This document shows positions 6,826 to 15,892 of a stretch of 28,771 nucleotides of DNA, piece after piece. The stretch's first letter is position 1; each line of letters starts with the position of its first letter. The translations under genes and the position numbers were made by a program. The DNA comes from a virus (Duplodnaviria > Caudoviricetes). The stretch is from positions 1 to 28,771 of the IMG/VR virus record IMGVR_UViG_3300020045_004483. One strand, given 5' to 3'. The notes beneath the pieces are model-generated. The model did no database searches. It worked only from the letters and a program-made list of their open reading frames with translations, and was not told the origin of the DNA.

Positions 6826-7491
6826 ATGATAGGAATATACAAAATAACAAACCCAAGTAAAAAAGTTTATATTGGTCAATCGATAAATATTAAAAAAAGA
6901 TTCAATGATTATAATAAAATGGCAAATTGTAAAAGTCAAACAATTCTTTATCGTTCTTTTTTAAAATATGGTATAAGTAATCATAAATTTGAAATAATTG
7001 AAGAATGTGAAATGTCAGAATTAAATGAAAAGGAAAGATATTATCAGGATTTGTATTCTGTTTTAAAAAATGGCTTAAATTGTAGATTAACAAATTCATT
7101 TGATAGAAGTGGCAGATTAAGTGAAGAAACAAAACTAAAACTATCTAATTCTAAAAAAGGTAAAAAAATGAGTGATGAATTTAAATTAAATAAATCAATA
7201 AAATTTATTGGTAATTTAAATATTATGTATAATAAAAAACATACAATAGAATCTAAATTAAAAATGTCTAAAACAAGAAATCCAAATAAACATTTTTTAG
7301 GTGTAAGTTGGGCAAAGGAAAGAAATAAATATTTGTCTCAAATAAGAGTGTTTGGAACTGATATAAAAATAAACTTAGGAAGATATGATTGTCATTTAAA
7401 AGCACATTTAATTTATTTAAAAGCATTAAGAAATATTAATCTATTTAATGGCAATATAAATGAATTTAAAAAATTAATAAATGAACCTTAA
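6826..7491 (+). CDS. free-standing GIY-YIG homing endonuclease with NUMOD3-like repeats and C-terminal AP2-like domain
   Basis: MIGIYKITNP..KVYIGQS...KKRF..Y; SEETKLKLS and KHTIESKLKMS repeats; GVSWAKERNKYLSQI...LGRY...AH..Y; start reassigned to ATG 6826. Confidence 0.88.
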   Translation: MIGIYKITNPSKKVYIGQSINIKKRFNDYNKMANCKSQTILYRSFLKYGISNHKFEIIEECEMSELNEKERYYQDLYSVLKNGLNCRLTNSFDRSGRLSEETKLKLSNSKKGKKMSDEFKLNKSIKFIGNLNIMYNKKHTIESKLKMSKTRNPNKHFLGVSWAKERNKYLSQIRVFGTDIKINLGRYDCHLKAHLIYLKALRNINLFNGNINEFKKLINEP

Positions 7492-8680
7492 AGCAACTCC
7501 AGTATTTGAGAAAAATTGGAATGCTCTACAATGTGGAAAATACAAGTATATTATTAATTCAGGGTCTTCTCGTTCAAGTAAAACATTTTCCATACTTCAG
7601 ATATTTTGGCTATTAGCCTGGAGCAAAAATAGAATTAAATTAGCTGTTTTTAGAAATACTAAAAAAGATTGCAAAGACACTATATTGCAAGATATGTTGA
7701 AATATTACCCAACACTTCCAAACTACAATTTACTTACTTTTAATAAAACAGAATCGATATTTACGTTTCCAAACGGTTCTACAATCAATATCGAAGGAAC
7801 AGATGACGAATTAAAAGTACACGGTTATCATTCAGATTATCTTTGGTTTAATGAGTTTTATAAAATGCCTAAAACTACTTTCGACCAATTAGACATGCGT
7901 TGTAGTTGTGCGGTTTTTATGGATTATAACCCAGTAGGAAAACTTTGGAGCGATGATTTAGTTAAACAAGATAATTCTATTTTAATTCATTCAACTTTCA
8001 AAGACAACCCTTTTTGCCCTCCTGAACAAAAAAAGAAAATACTAAGCTATGACCCCGCAAATCCTTTCAACGTTGAGCAAAATACCGCTGATGCTTATAT
8101 GCACGCTGTCTATGCTCTTGGCTTAAAATCAGAAAAACCAAACAGAATATTTAAAGAATGGAAAACTTTATCGAATGCTGATTTCGAGAAATTGCCGTAT
8201 CAATCATACTTCGGACTTGATTTTGGATTGAGTGCGCCAACCGCCTTAATGGAAATGAAATTTGATGGTGACGAAAACTATTTCTTTAAAGAAAGGTTGT
8301 ATAAACCGTTAAACGACATTAAAGGCAGTTTATCGGATGAATTAGAACGTTTAGGAATACCGAAGCACGTTCAAATTATTTGTGATTCTGGAAACGAACT
8401 AAACAAAGAGGAATCACGTAAATTAAAGAATGCCGGTTACAATGTAATTAATGCAAAAAAAGGAAGTGGATCAATTGCTTCTGGAATTGAAACAATGCAA
8501 AAAAGTAAAATTCATTACACTAAAGAATCAATCAATATCGAATCTGAATACGAACAATACAGCTGGAAAATATGGCAAGGAATACAAATGGACGTTCCGG
8601 AAGAAAATGGAGATGACCACGCCTTGGATGCAATGAAATACGTTATTTCTTGGTTTGTTAAAGTTTTTCGTTTAAGTTAA
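7481..8680 (+). CDS. terL: terminase large subunit (PBSX-like)
   Basis: Walker A variant GSSRSSKT, Walker B WFNE, DYNP, nuclease GLDFG and DDHALDAMKY. Confidence 0.93.
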   Translation: MNLKATPVFEKNWNALQCGKYKYIINSGSSRSSKTFSILQIFWLLAWSKNRIKLAVFRNTKKDCKDTILQDMLKYYPTLPNYNLLTFNKTESIFTFPNGSTINIEGTDDELKVHGYHSDYLWFNEFYKMPKTTFDQLDMRCSCAVFMDYNPVGKLWSDDLVKQDNSILIHSTFKDNPFCPPEQKKKILSYDPANPFNVEQNTADAYMHAVYALGLKSEKPNRIFKEWKTLSNADFEKLPYQSYFGLDFGLSAPTALMEMKFDGDENYFFKERLYKPLNDIKGSLSDELERLGIPKHVQIICDSGNELNKEESRKLKNAGYNVINAKKGSGSIASGIETMQKSKIHYTKESINIESEYEQYSWKIWQGIQMDVPEENGDDHALDAMKYVISWFVKVFRLS

Positions 8681-8682
8681 AT

Positions 8683-8727
8683 AATAATTACTATATTTGC
8701 TATAATTATTAATGTTGTGAAACATCG
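8683..8727 (+). promoter_or_regulatory. late promoter and GUGA hairpin upstream of portal
   Basis: AATAATTACTATATTTGCT (8683-8701) and AATGTTGTGAAACATCG (8711-8727), both repeated exactly at 20934-20952 and 21036-21052. Confidence 0.75.
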
Positions 8728-8732
8728 ATTAT

Positions 8733-9911
8733 ATGGGATTATTTGGATTATGGGGTAAAAGTGTATCGGTTGAACGTGACCGTAATGGCATTTTTACCTA
8801 TTCTTTTTTAGACCAAACTGGTTTTGCAAATTCTACAAAATACTTAGAATTATCTTTAACAAATCCGGTGCTTATTGCTATTATTGCTTTACGTTCCAAA
8901 ATCTATTCTCAAATGAAAATTACTCATTTGAACAGTGCAGGTAAACCAATCGATAATAGCGAAATCATTAAACTTTTCAAACAGCCAAATTATTTTCAGT
9001 CACAAGAAGACTTCTTTTTTCAGCAAATGTGGTTTTTATCCGCTGCCGGAACTAATTTAACCTACAAGGTTGATGCTTTAAATTCAACAAAAGCAATATT
9101 TAATCTTATTCCTTCGGAAGTAGATCTAAATAATACTGAAAAAGTAAAATCGTTTATCTACACCAAAGCTGAATTGTCGGCTTATGGAGATAAAAAAATT
9201 ATCTACAAATTAGACGGGCAAACTTTCGAAATAAAGCTAAAAGATATTATTCCCACTTACGACCTCGCTAATGGCTTAACGTGTAATTCGTTAATGAGTT
9301 CTCCCTCTCGATTGAAAGGAATTTCTAAAACAGTCGAGAACATCGAAGAAAATTTACTGTCCAAGAATGTAAATCTAAAGATGAGCCAAAAATATCTCAT
9401 GGCTAGTCAAGGCGATGGAAACGAGGCACAAATTCAAAGCGCAGACCGTAAAGACATATTTTCAAAAATAGCACAAAAATCATTATTAATTACAAACGCA
9501 AACATCAAAGCTCAGCATTTAGTTAGCGACATGAAACGATTGTTTTTAGATGAGCAATTCAGTGCTGATGCTTTAACCTGTTTAAATGCTTTTGATATGT
9601 CTAAGGATGTTTTGAATTATTTTAGTAACGGATCAAGTACTTACGAAAACAAAGAAAAAGCAATGTTAGATTATGTGCAAAATTCAATCCAAACAGATGC
9701 AAATAACACAATGAATAGCTTTGCAAGCTCATTTGGATTGATTGACAAAGGAGAATCTTTGCAAGCAACTTACAATCACTTACCGGTTATGCAATTAGTA
9801 ATGAAAACTAAAATAGAAACTTTGGCAGCGTATCAAAATACTTTGATTTATGAAACTCCAGTAGAACAAAAGCGATTGAGTAATGAATTCAAATTAATTT
9901 TAGGATTATGA
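8733..9911 (+). CDS. portal protein
   Basis: Position after terL; 392 aa; LFKQPNYFQSQEDF and STYENKEKA motifs of HK97-type portals. Confidence 0.85.
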   Translation: MGLFGLWGKSVSVERDRNGIFTYSFLDQTGFANSTKYLELSLTNPVLIAIIALRSKIYSQMKITHLNSAGKPIDNSEIIKLFKQPNYFQSQEDFFFQQMWFLSAAGTNLTYKVDALNSTKAIFNLIPSEVDLNNTEKVKSFIYTKAELSAYGDKKIIYKLDGQTFEIKLKDIIPTYDLANGLTCNSLMSSPSRLKGISKTVENIEENLLSKNVNLKMSQKYLMASQGDGNEAQIQSADRKDIFSKIAQKSLLITNANIKAQHLVSDMKRLFLDEQFSADALTCLNAFDMSKDVLNYFSNGSSTYENKEKAMLDYVQNSIQTDANNTMNSFASSFGLIDKGESLQATYNHLPVMQLVMKTKIETLAAYQNTLIYETPVEQKRLSNEFKLILGL

Positions 9912-10003
9912 AAGAAGTGAAAAAGCCTGAATTAACCAAGGCGCAAATCGAGAAATTGAAATCTGACAAAGAAAAACAAATGTCTAAAATTATCAAGAAA
10001 TGA
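9908..10003 (+). CDS. small basic protein, 31 aa (not in ORF track)
   Basis: MKEVKKPELTKAQIEKLKSDKEKQMSKIIKK*; ATGA overlaps at both ends. Confidence 0.6.
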   Translation: MKEVKKPELTKAQIEKLKSDKEKQMSKIIKK

Positions 10004-10815
10004 TAAAAGTATTAGAATTTCCAAATAAAGAGTTTTCCAATAAAGAAGAACTTTTCAAAGCGTTAAAAGACAATAAAAAAGAATTGATTTCTTTGAAAAA
10101 GTCTATTACAAAACAAGCTGATGCGGTTTCGTTTGGATATACCGATATAGTTGTTGACGAGGTAATTAAAGAAGAAACCAACGATAATAATAACCCAGAT
10201 GTTCTAAATGTAAAAGTAGTTATAAATACTACCAACTTTTTAGACAGCCACGGAGATGTTCATATAAATGGGATTTGGAACAAGTCGGTAAAAGACAATG
10301 TTTCTTTTTTGCACTTGCAAGAACACGAAAGGGAATTTGATAAAGTTATTACTGACACCGCAAAAGGTAGTGTTCAATCAATGACTTGGAAACAATTAGG
10401 CTTGCCTTATTTAGGAAAAACGGAGGCGTTAATTTTCGATAGTCAAATAGATAAAAAACGCAATGAATTTATGCTTAATCAGTATGCCAACGGATGGGTA
10501 AAAAATCATTCAGTTGGGATGCGTTACGTCTCTATAAATTTAGCCGTAAATTCAGAAGCTGAATGGGACAAAGAAGAAAAAGCCGTATGGGACAAATATT
10601 ATCAAAATATCGCCAACAAAGAATTAGCCGACGAAAAAGGATATTTTTGGGCAGTTACAGAAGCTAAAATTATAGAAGGTTCGGCAGTCGTTATGGGAAG
10701 TAACTCAGCAACTCCAACTTTAAACAATAAATCGGAAGCCGTCGAAGACACTACCGAAGAAATCGAGCCGGAACAATCCACTCAAACAACGATTAAAAGA
10801 AGAAGAAACATTTAA
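10000..10815 (+). CDS. prohead (capsid maturation) protease, HK97-type
   Basis: DSHGDV, LQEH, HSVG and EGSAV..GSN motifs; between portal and capsid genes. Confidence 0.85.
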   Translation: MIKVLEFPNKEFSNKEELFKALKDNKKELISLKKSITKQADAVSFGYTDIVVDEVIKEETNDNNNPDVLNVKVVINTTNFLDSHGDVHINGIWNKSVKDNVSFLHLQEHEREFDKVITDTAKGSVQSMTWKQLGLPYLGKTEALIFDSQIDKKRNEFMLNQYANGWVKNHSVGMRYVSINLAVNSEAEWDKEEKAVWDKYYQNIANKELADEKGYFWAVTEAKIIEGSAVVMGSNSATPTLNNKSEAVEDTTEEIEPEQSTQTTIKRRRNI

Positions 10816-10831
10816 TTTAAAACCAAAAACT

Positions 10832-12022
10832 ATGTTTAAGTACAAAACAGATGCCGAAGTTCAGGCGATGACCGAGCAAGAGGCCAACGATTACGCAATT
10901 GCTAAAAGAGCGCACGAAGCCGACTTGCAAACAAAAGCTATCGAAAAAGCTGTCAATCCTTTGCAAGAAGAATTGAAAAAAGTAAAAGACGATAACACAG
11001 AATTAGCTTTAAAAGTTACCGAGTTGGAAACTAAAGGAGTAAAATCAGTAGCTAAAACTTTTGTTGACGAAATAAAAGAAAACAAAGACGCTTTGAAAGC
11101 TATTGCAAAAGGTGGTAACGCTGAAATTGTAATGAAAGCCGATACTTTGAGAGCTTCAATCGCTACAGATCCAAGCGGTTTGTTTATTAGTGGAATTGGA
11201 CAGCTTCAAAGGGTAAAAAGAAGTCTTTATAATTTCTTCCCGAAAATTCAAGTAGGTAAAGGAAATCATAGCGGAGTTATTCGTTATATTGACTGGGACG
11301 AAGCTACAACCGTTAAAGCCGCTGCAAGTGTTGCCGAAGGTGTTGCGTTCGCTGAATCTACTGCTAAATTCAAAGGTTATTCTTTGTCTTTGCAAAAAAT
11401 TGGTGACACTTTACCGGTATCCGAAGAGTTTTTCGAAGATGACGTAATGGCAGCTTCCGAATTAGATTTATTCTTGGCAACAAATGTTGAAGACAAAGTA
11501 GATTCTCAAATCGTAATTGGTGACAACACAGGAACTAACCTTAAAGGTTTGGTTTCAAGCGCACCGGCTTACACTCCAGTTGCTTCAGGCATTACAGATG
11601 CAAACATTTACGACTTGGTAGCAAAAGTAAGTGAAAGCATAACGTCCGCAGGTGGCGCAAAATACAGTCCTGATTTTGTTGCAATGAATATTGCCGACAT
11701 CAACAAGTTGAAGTTGAAAAAAGACACTACCAACAACTATGTGTTTAATTTCAATGATCCGAGAATTGATACTTTGAACATCATCGAAGACAACAACGTT
11801 GTTGCTAATACTTTGTATTTAGGTGACTCAAGATATGCTCGTATCTATGAAATGAGTGGCGTTGTTGTGTCTAAAGGATACAGCGGAGCTGATTTTGTTG
11901 AAGATATGCAAACATTGAAAGCAAGAAAACGTCTAAACTTGTTAATCCGCGAGGCAGATAAAACTGGATTTAGAAAAGTTACTTCTATTTCTGCCGCCTT
12001 GGTAACTTTGGCAACTCCTTAG
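10832..12022 (+). CDS. major capsid protein, HK97 fold with N-terminal coiled-coil delta domain
   Basis: Helical N-terminus; VAEG...ES, KIG....SEEFFED, QIVIGD.TG..LKGL and YLGD motifs. Confidence 0.9.
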   Translation: MFKYKTDAEVQAMTEQEANDYAIAKRAHEADLQTKAIEKAVNPLQEELKKVKDDNTELALKVTELETKGVKSVAKTFVDEIKENKDALKAIAKGGNAEIVMKADTLRASIATDPSGLFISGIGQLQRVKRSLYNFFPKIQVGKGNHSGVIRYIDWDEATTVKAAASVAEGVAFAESTAKFKGYSLSLQKIGDTLPVSEEFFEDDVMAASELDLFLATNVEDKVDSQIVIGDNTGTNLKGLVSSAPAYTPVASGITDANIYDLVAKVSESITSAGGAKYSPDFVAMNIADINKLKLKKDTTNNYVFNFNDPRIDTLNIIEDNNVVANTLYLGDSRYARIYEMSGVVVSKGYSGADFVEDMQTLKARKRLNLLIREADKTGFRKVTSISAALVTLATP

Positions 12023-12024
12023 TT

Positions 12025-12195
12025 ATGATAGGCGTAAAGTTTATTGAGGATTTTGCTAACAAAGTCGTTGACGATAGGATCGTTGTTGATGGACAGCTTG
12101 CCTCACAGCTAATTGCCGAGGGTGTTGCTATATTAGACCCCGTACAAACGGAAGCGGTAGCAGCCACTGTATTAAGCAAGAAAAGAGTAAAGTAA
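12025..12195 (+). CDS. small protein after capsid gene, 56 aa (not in ORF track)
   Basis: MIGVKFIEDFANKVVDDRIVVDGQLASQLIAEGVAILDP...KKRVK*. Confidence 0.7.
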   Translation: MIGVKFIEDFANKVVDDRIVVDGQLASQLIAEGVAILDPVQTEAVAATVLSKKRVK

Positions 12196-12212
12196 TTTAA
12201 AAATTAATCCCA

Positions 12213-12818
12213 ATGCAAATAGTAAATAGTACATTTTTCGATAATCAAAATTACATTCACATCCCGTTAGCGGTTGCCGATCCGTCAGCAACACCAAACA
12301 ACGCTACGGAATTGGATAATCTTTGTATTAAATTGGAGCGTGAAATATTACTAAATGCATTGGGACTGAGTCTTTACAACGAAATTAAAGCGATTGCTGA
12401 CATTGAAACAGCAGACGAAAAGTTTAAAAAACTGATTCAAGGTGATGAATACGATGGTAAAATATGGTTAGGATTAGACAATGACGATTCATTGGTAGCT
12501 AATTATATTTATCAAGAATTTGTTACTCAAACAGATATTAGACTTTCGGCAACTGGAACAAAAAAAGTAAATCCGGAAAATGCAACCACTCAAACGCCTA
12601 AATACCTTATTGCCGGAGCGCACCATAATTTTATCAAACAATATCAAGGTGAGTATTTAATCGAACCTATTGTAGCTGGTAATTTTACTGATTGGTACGG
12701 ATGCAATGGTATAGAAAAGAGTTTGTATGGTTATTTGATGGATAAACAAGCTGATTTCGCAAATTGGAAACCTGAGTATTTTAGAGTTTACGAAACCAAA
12801 AACAGTTTTGGTCTATGA
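12213..12818 (+). CDS. putative head-tail adaptor/connector
   Basis: Synteny after capsid; helical, with an LLNALGLSLY motif. Confidence 0.6.
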   Translation: MQIVNSTFFDNQNYIHIPLAVADPSATPNNATELDNLCIKLEREILLNALGLSLYNEIKAIADIETADEKFKKLIQGDEYDGKIWLGLDNDDSLVANYIYQEFVTQTDIRLSATGTKKVNPENATTQTPKYLIAGAHHNFIKQYQGEYLIEPIVAGNFTDWYGCNGIEKSLYGYLMDKQADFANWKPEYFRVYETKNSFGL

Positions 12819-13309
12819 TAGTTTTTGAAGAGAAATTAAGGGAATTAGTCGCATTAATGCCTAAATGGAACGACACACACGATGTGCGGTACGATTGGGG
12901 GACAATTGATGTGTTAAACAAGTTTCTTATTCTCAAAGAAAGCAAATCAAAATACCCGCTTATTTGGTTAGTTACTTCGAAAGATACAGACGATTTATTA
13001 AGAAATCGAGTAACAAGACAAGCAAGGTTTGTTATTGCGACCCGTTCAAACGATGTTGACGCATTCAATTCAACTCAGTACCAAACAGATTATAAAAGTG
13101 TTCTTATACCTGTTTACAATGACTTCATAACCGTTCTAAATAGCAGTGGAATTTCCAAGATAGTTGGAAGTACTATCGACAAGGAATTAAAACCGAATTA
13201 CAGCGTAAACGACAACGGTAAGGGATTAGTAACTATTTGGAACGCCCTGGTCTTAGATTTAGAAATTGAGTTAATTGATGGGTGCATAAAAGAAAACATT
13301 AAATTTTAA
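12815..13309 (+). CDS. putative tail terminator/neck protein
   Basis: Synteny; KYPLIWL motif; alpha/beta pattern. Confidence 0.55.
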   Translation: MIVFEEKLRELVALMPKWNDTHDVRYDWGTIDVLNKFLILKESKSKYPLIWLVTSKDTDDLLRNRVTRQARFVIATRSNDVDAFNSTQYQTDYKSVLIPVYNDFITVLNSSGISKIVGSTIDKELKPNYSVNDNGKGLVTIWNALVLDLEIELIDGCIKENIKF

Positions 13310-13312
13310 GCT

Positions 13313-13456
13313 ATGGCTGAAAAAGAAATAAAAGTAAAAGAATTTACCGTTAAAAAAGAAATTACGGTGGATAAATTGTATAAAGTTGGGTCTAAAATCC
13401 AACTCACTGACAAAAAAACAATTGAAAAATTAATCTTAAACAAATTTATAAAATGA
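13313..13456 (+). CDS. small protein, 47 aa (not in ORF track)
   Basis: MAEKEIKVKEFTVKKEITVDKLYKVGSKIQLTDKKTIEKLILNKFIK*; ATGA overlap with tail tube gene. Confidence 0.65.
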   Translation: MAEKEIKVKEFTVKKEITVDKLYKVGSKIQLTDKKTIEKLILNKFIK

Positions 13457-14364
13457 GTTTAGACACACAAATAAACACTATTGATTGTTCGCAATCAGGT
13501 GTATTAGGCACTGGCTTGGCTGGATGTCGAATTGACAAAAAAAGAGTAGTTGCGTTGGGACTAGTTCAGAAAGGATATCTTTTCGAAGACGAAATCAATA
13601 AAGCATATTTAAGAAGCTTACAACAAGACGGTATTTTAATTATGCTGCAAGACGTTGTTGGGTATGAAGATGCAACGGCAGACGATAATGTAATAACAAG
13701 ACCGGGATCGGGTATAAAAGTTGTAGCTGGGAAAAACCCTTATGAGAAAAAAGTAACATTTGATAACGGAGTTTCGTTCTTTATTGCGCTTACTAGTTTA
13801 TCCGGATATCAATCTTATGACTTAGTAGAGTTTGATGTTGATGGCAATATGTGGTTTACTGTAAATAAATCAGGAGTTCCTAAAGGATTTACATTGGGGA
13901 TGTTTGAAAACGGCAAATATATGGAGTCTAACGGAGTTGACGCTTCTAGCCAAACAATAAATATGCAGTTAATAGAGCGTTCAGAAATTGACCAAAGATT
14001 ATCTTGGAAAACATCTGACTTCTTAGATTTTTCACCAAGAGAACTAACCGGAGTAAACGAAGTAATTTTAACAGTTGATCCAATTGTAACCGCTTCAACC
14101 TCTATTGTTGTGAGTGCGTTTTTATTGGATAAAATCCATCCTGTTGAGGGATTGTTAATTCCTGATTTCACACTTACACGCAATGGATTGCCTCTGACAC
14201 CGAGTGCCGTAGCCTATAGTTCAACCACTAAAAAATACACGTTTACCGTAACAGCCAATACAACCGCTGACATTGTTACCGTGGATTTAAACGATATTGT
14301 TTTGACTGCTGCCGATGTTTTATACAAAAGTGACGTTAAAACAGTTGTTGTTACTGCCGTTTAA
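13453..14364 (+). CDS. major tail (tube) protein with C-terminal Ig-like beta domain
   Basis: Synteny; followed by a terminator; Thr/Val-rich beta-strand C-terminus. Confidence 0.7.
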   Translation: MSLDTQINTIDCSQSGVLGTGLAGCRIDKKRVVALGLVQKGYLFEDEINKAYLRSLQQDGILIMLQDVVGYEDATADDNVITRPGSGIKVVAGKNPYEKKVTFDNGVSFFIALTSLSGYQSYDLVEFDVDGNMWFTVNKSGVPKGFTLGMFENGKYMESNGVDASSQTINMQLIERSEIDQRLSWKTSDFLDFSPRELTGVNEVILTVDPIVTASTSIVVSAFLLDKIHPVEGLLIPDFTLTRNGLPLTPSAVAYSSTTKKYTFTVTANTTADIVTVDLNDIVLTAADVLYKSDVKTVVVTAV

Positions 14365-14384
14365 TTTAAAAGAAAGGAGAATTA

Positions 14385-14414
14385 GACCCGTTGCGTAATG
14401 TAACGGGTTTTTTT
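14385..14414 (+). terminator. Rho-independent terminator
   Basis: GACCCGTTGC/GTAACGGGTT stem followed by a T-run. Confidence 0.85.
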
Positions 14415-14423
14415 GTATATTTG
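14391..14423 (+). promoter_or_regulatory. promoter overlapping the terminator
   Basis: TTG at 14391-14393; TATATTTG at 14416-14423. Confidence 0.7.
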
Positions 14424-14441
14424 TGTGAAACAATAGAAAAT

Positions 14442-14624
14442 ATGAATTTCATAAACGATCTTTTAGACAAAATAAGTAATGATGAGTTCAAAGAATTATC
14501 ATCGGAGGTTAATCAACTTCAATGCAGAAAATGCAAAGGGACTGACTTTAAAGTGGGTACAGGAGATTATATTACTATAATAAAGTGTTCTAATTGTAAC
14601 GAAGAAATTTGTGTCCACGGATAA
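14442..14624 (+). CDS. moron: small zinc-ribbon protein
   Basis: Start reassigned to ATG 14442, downstream of the promoter; CRKC...CSNC. Confidence 0.7.
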   Translation: MNFINDLLDKISNDEFKELSSEVNQLQCRKCKGTDFKVGTGDYITIIKCSNCNEEICVHG

Positions 14625-14641
14625 TAATAACGATAGAAATT

Positions 14642-14821
14642 ATGAAAAAAGCAACTGTTTACTTTGAAGAAAAATTTGTCTGTGAAGTTGAATTTAACAA
14701 ATCAAGTCAATTAGTAAAAGATGACGGATCGGTTTTGTGGACTAAGTTTTTTATCGATAATAAAGAAGTAGGTTATTTTAATGGAAATCATTCTTATGTA
14801 ATTTTATGCCAACAACAATAA
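14642..14821 (+). CDS. moron: hypothetical protein
   Basis: Start reassigned to ATG 14642; MKKATVYFEEKFVCEVEF... Confidence 0.65.
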   Translation: MKKATVYFEEKFVCEVEFNKSSQLVKDDGSVLWTKFFIDNKEVGYFNGNHSYVILCQQQ

Positions 14822-15270
14822 ACGATTATATCAAGAAAGCGCAATTTGTAGCTGCCGAAATGCTAAACGAGCAGGAACGCATTGTTTTGGCTAATGAAGA
14901 TAAAATAATCGGTTTAAACGTTGATACTTTTCAAGATGGGATTGGGAGCGACGACCAAGTTTTAAATAATAGCAATAGCCGCTTTAAGGGCCTTTATTCG
15001 TTGTCAACACAATTATTAGACCCGAAAAAAGTAGCAGGAACTCCTTATAACTTCTTTCAAACAGGATCTTTTTTATCAAATATGCAAATAGATTTACAGC
15101 CATCATTGACAAAGTTTGATATTTTTAGCACAGGAACAGGAAGCGGGGATAAAGCATTATTTTTCAGTGGTTATAATAACTTATTTGGATTAAATAAAAA
15201 CAATAGTGATATTGTAAATTACGATATTATACTGCCAGAATTAATGAAATTTGTAAAACGCTACCTATGA
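14806..15270 (+). CDS. putative tail completion/morphogenesis protein
   Basis: GIGSD, NFFQTGSF and LFGL motifs like HK97 gp10/virion morphogenesis proteins; synteny. Confidence 0.55.
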   Translation: MPTTINDYIKKAQFVAAEMLNEQERIVLANEDKIIGLNVDTFQDGIGSDDQVLNNSNSRFKGLYSLSTQLLDPKKVAGTPYNFFQTGSFLSNMQIDLQPSLTKFDIFSTGTGSGDKALFFSGYNNLFGLNKNNSDIVNYDIILPELMKFVKRYL

Positions 15271-15890
15271 AACTAACTAAGCCGAAATATTACGATAGCA
15301 TTGATATTTTACCGCTTTACAACTGGGATAAATATAAAACTACAACCGATTTAAATTGGTTTGTTGTTGGATTTGACGGTAGACAAACTAAATTAAGGCC
15401 GGAACACTTACAACCTATCGAGAAAATAATTTTAGATGAATATTTCAAAGCAATTGATGACCGTTCTTTTACCAATCGTTTGCAAAAAATGTGTGAAATT
15501 GAAACGCTAAAACTAAAATATCACGTTGTAAAATCACTCATTAATCGTATGTGGTTAGGTTTTGGAAACAATGAAATGGAAACTCGTTTATTGTTTGTAA
15601 AAGAATTAGTAAAGCACGGTTTTAGGATGTCGGAAATCAATACAGTTGATGGTGATGGAGTTGAATTACAAAGACTAAATTCGCAATGCGAAGGGATTAA
15701 AACCAGAATTTCATTGATTGAAATTGAATTAAAAAAAGATGCAAATATTGAAAGTGCAAGTTTGGCAAAACAATTACAAATTGCAACTATTGGGCTTCAA
15801 TATCCATACCGATTAAATCCAAAAGAAATCACCGTTTCAGAATGGATTGAGATCACAAAATTATTAGAGGAAAAATCTAAACAAAATTAA
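15267..15890 (+). CDS. putative tail assembly chaperone
   Basis: Directly before tape measure; helical; LNPKEITVSEW C-terminal motif. Confidence 0.55.
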   Translation: MKLTKPKYYDSIDILPLYNWDKYKTTTDLNWFVVGFDGRQTKLRPEHLQPIEKIILDEYFKAIDDRSFTNRLQKMCEIETLKLKYHVVKSLINRMWLGFGNNEMETRLLFVKELVKHGFRMSEINTVDGDGVELQRLNSQCEGIKTRISLIEIELKKDANIESASLAKQLQIATIGLQYPYRLNPKEITVSEWIEITKLLEEKSKQN

Positions 15891-15892
15891 TT

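Noticed and set aside
6748-7491. Group I intron around the GIY-YIG gene
   Set aside because: terS and terL are each intact, and the flanks are too short to hold a ribozyme core; the endonuclease is free-standing
14421-14433. Third copy of the GTGAAACA hairpin
   Set aside because: Only a partial match, overlaps the promoter, and lacks the 5-bp stem and GNRA geometry
15729-15751. Programmed -1 frameshift (A AAA AAA) in the tail chaperone gene
   Set aside because: The -1 frame stops within a few codons, so no G/GT-type extension results; A-runs are ubiquitous here
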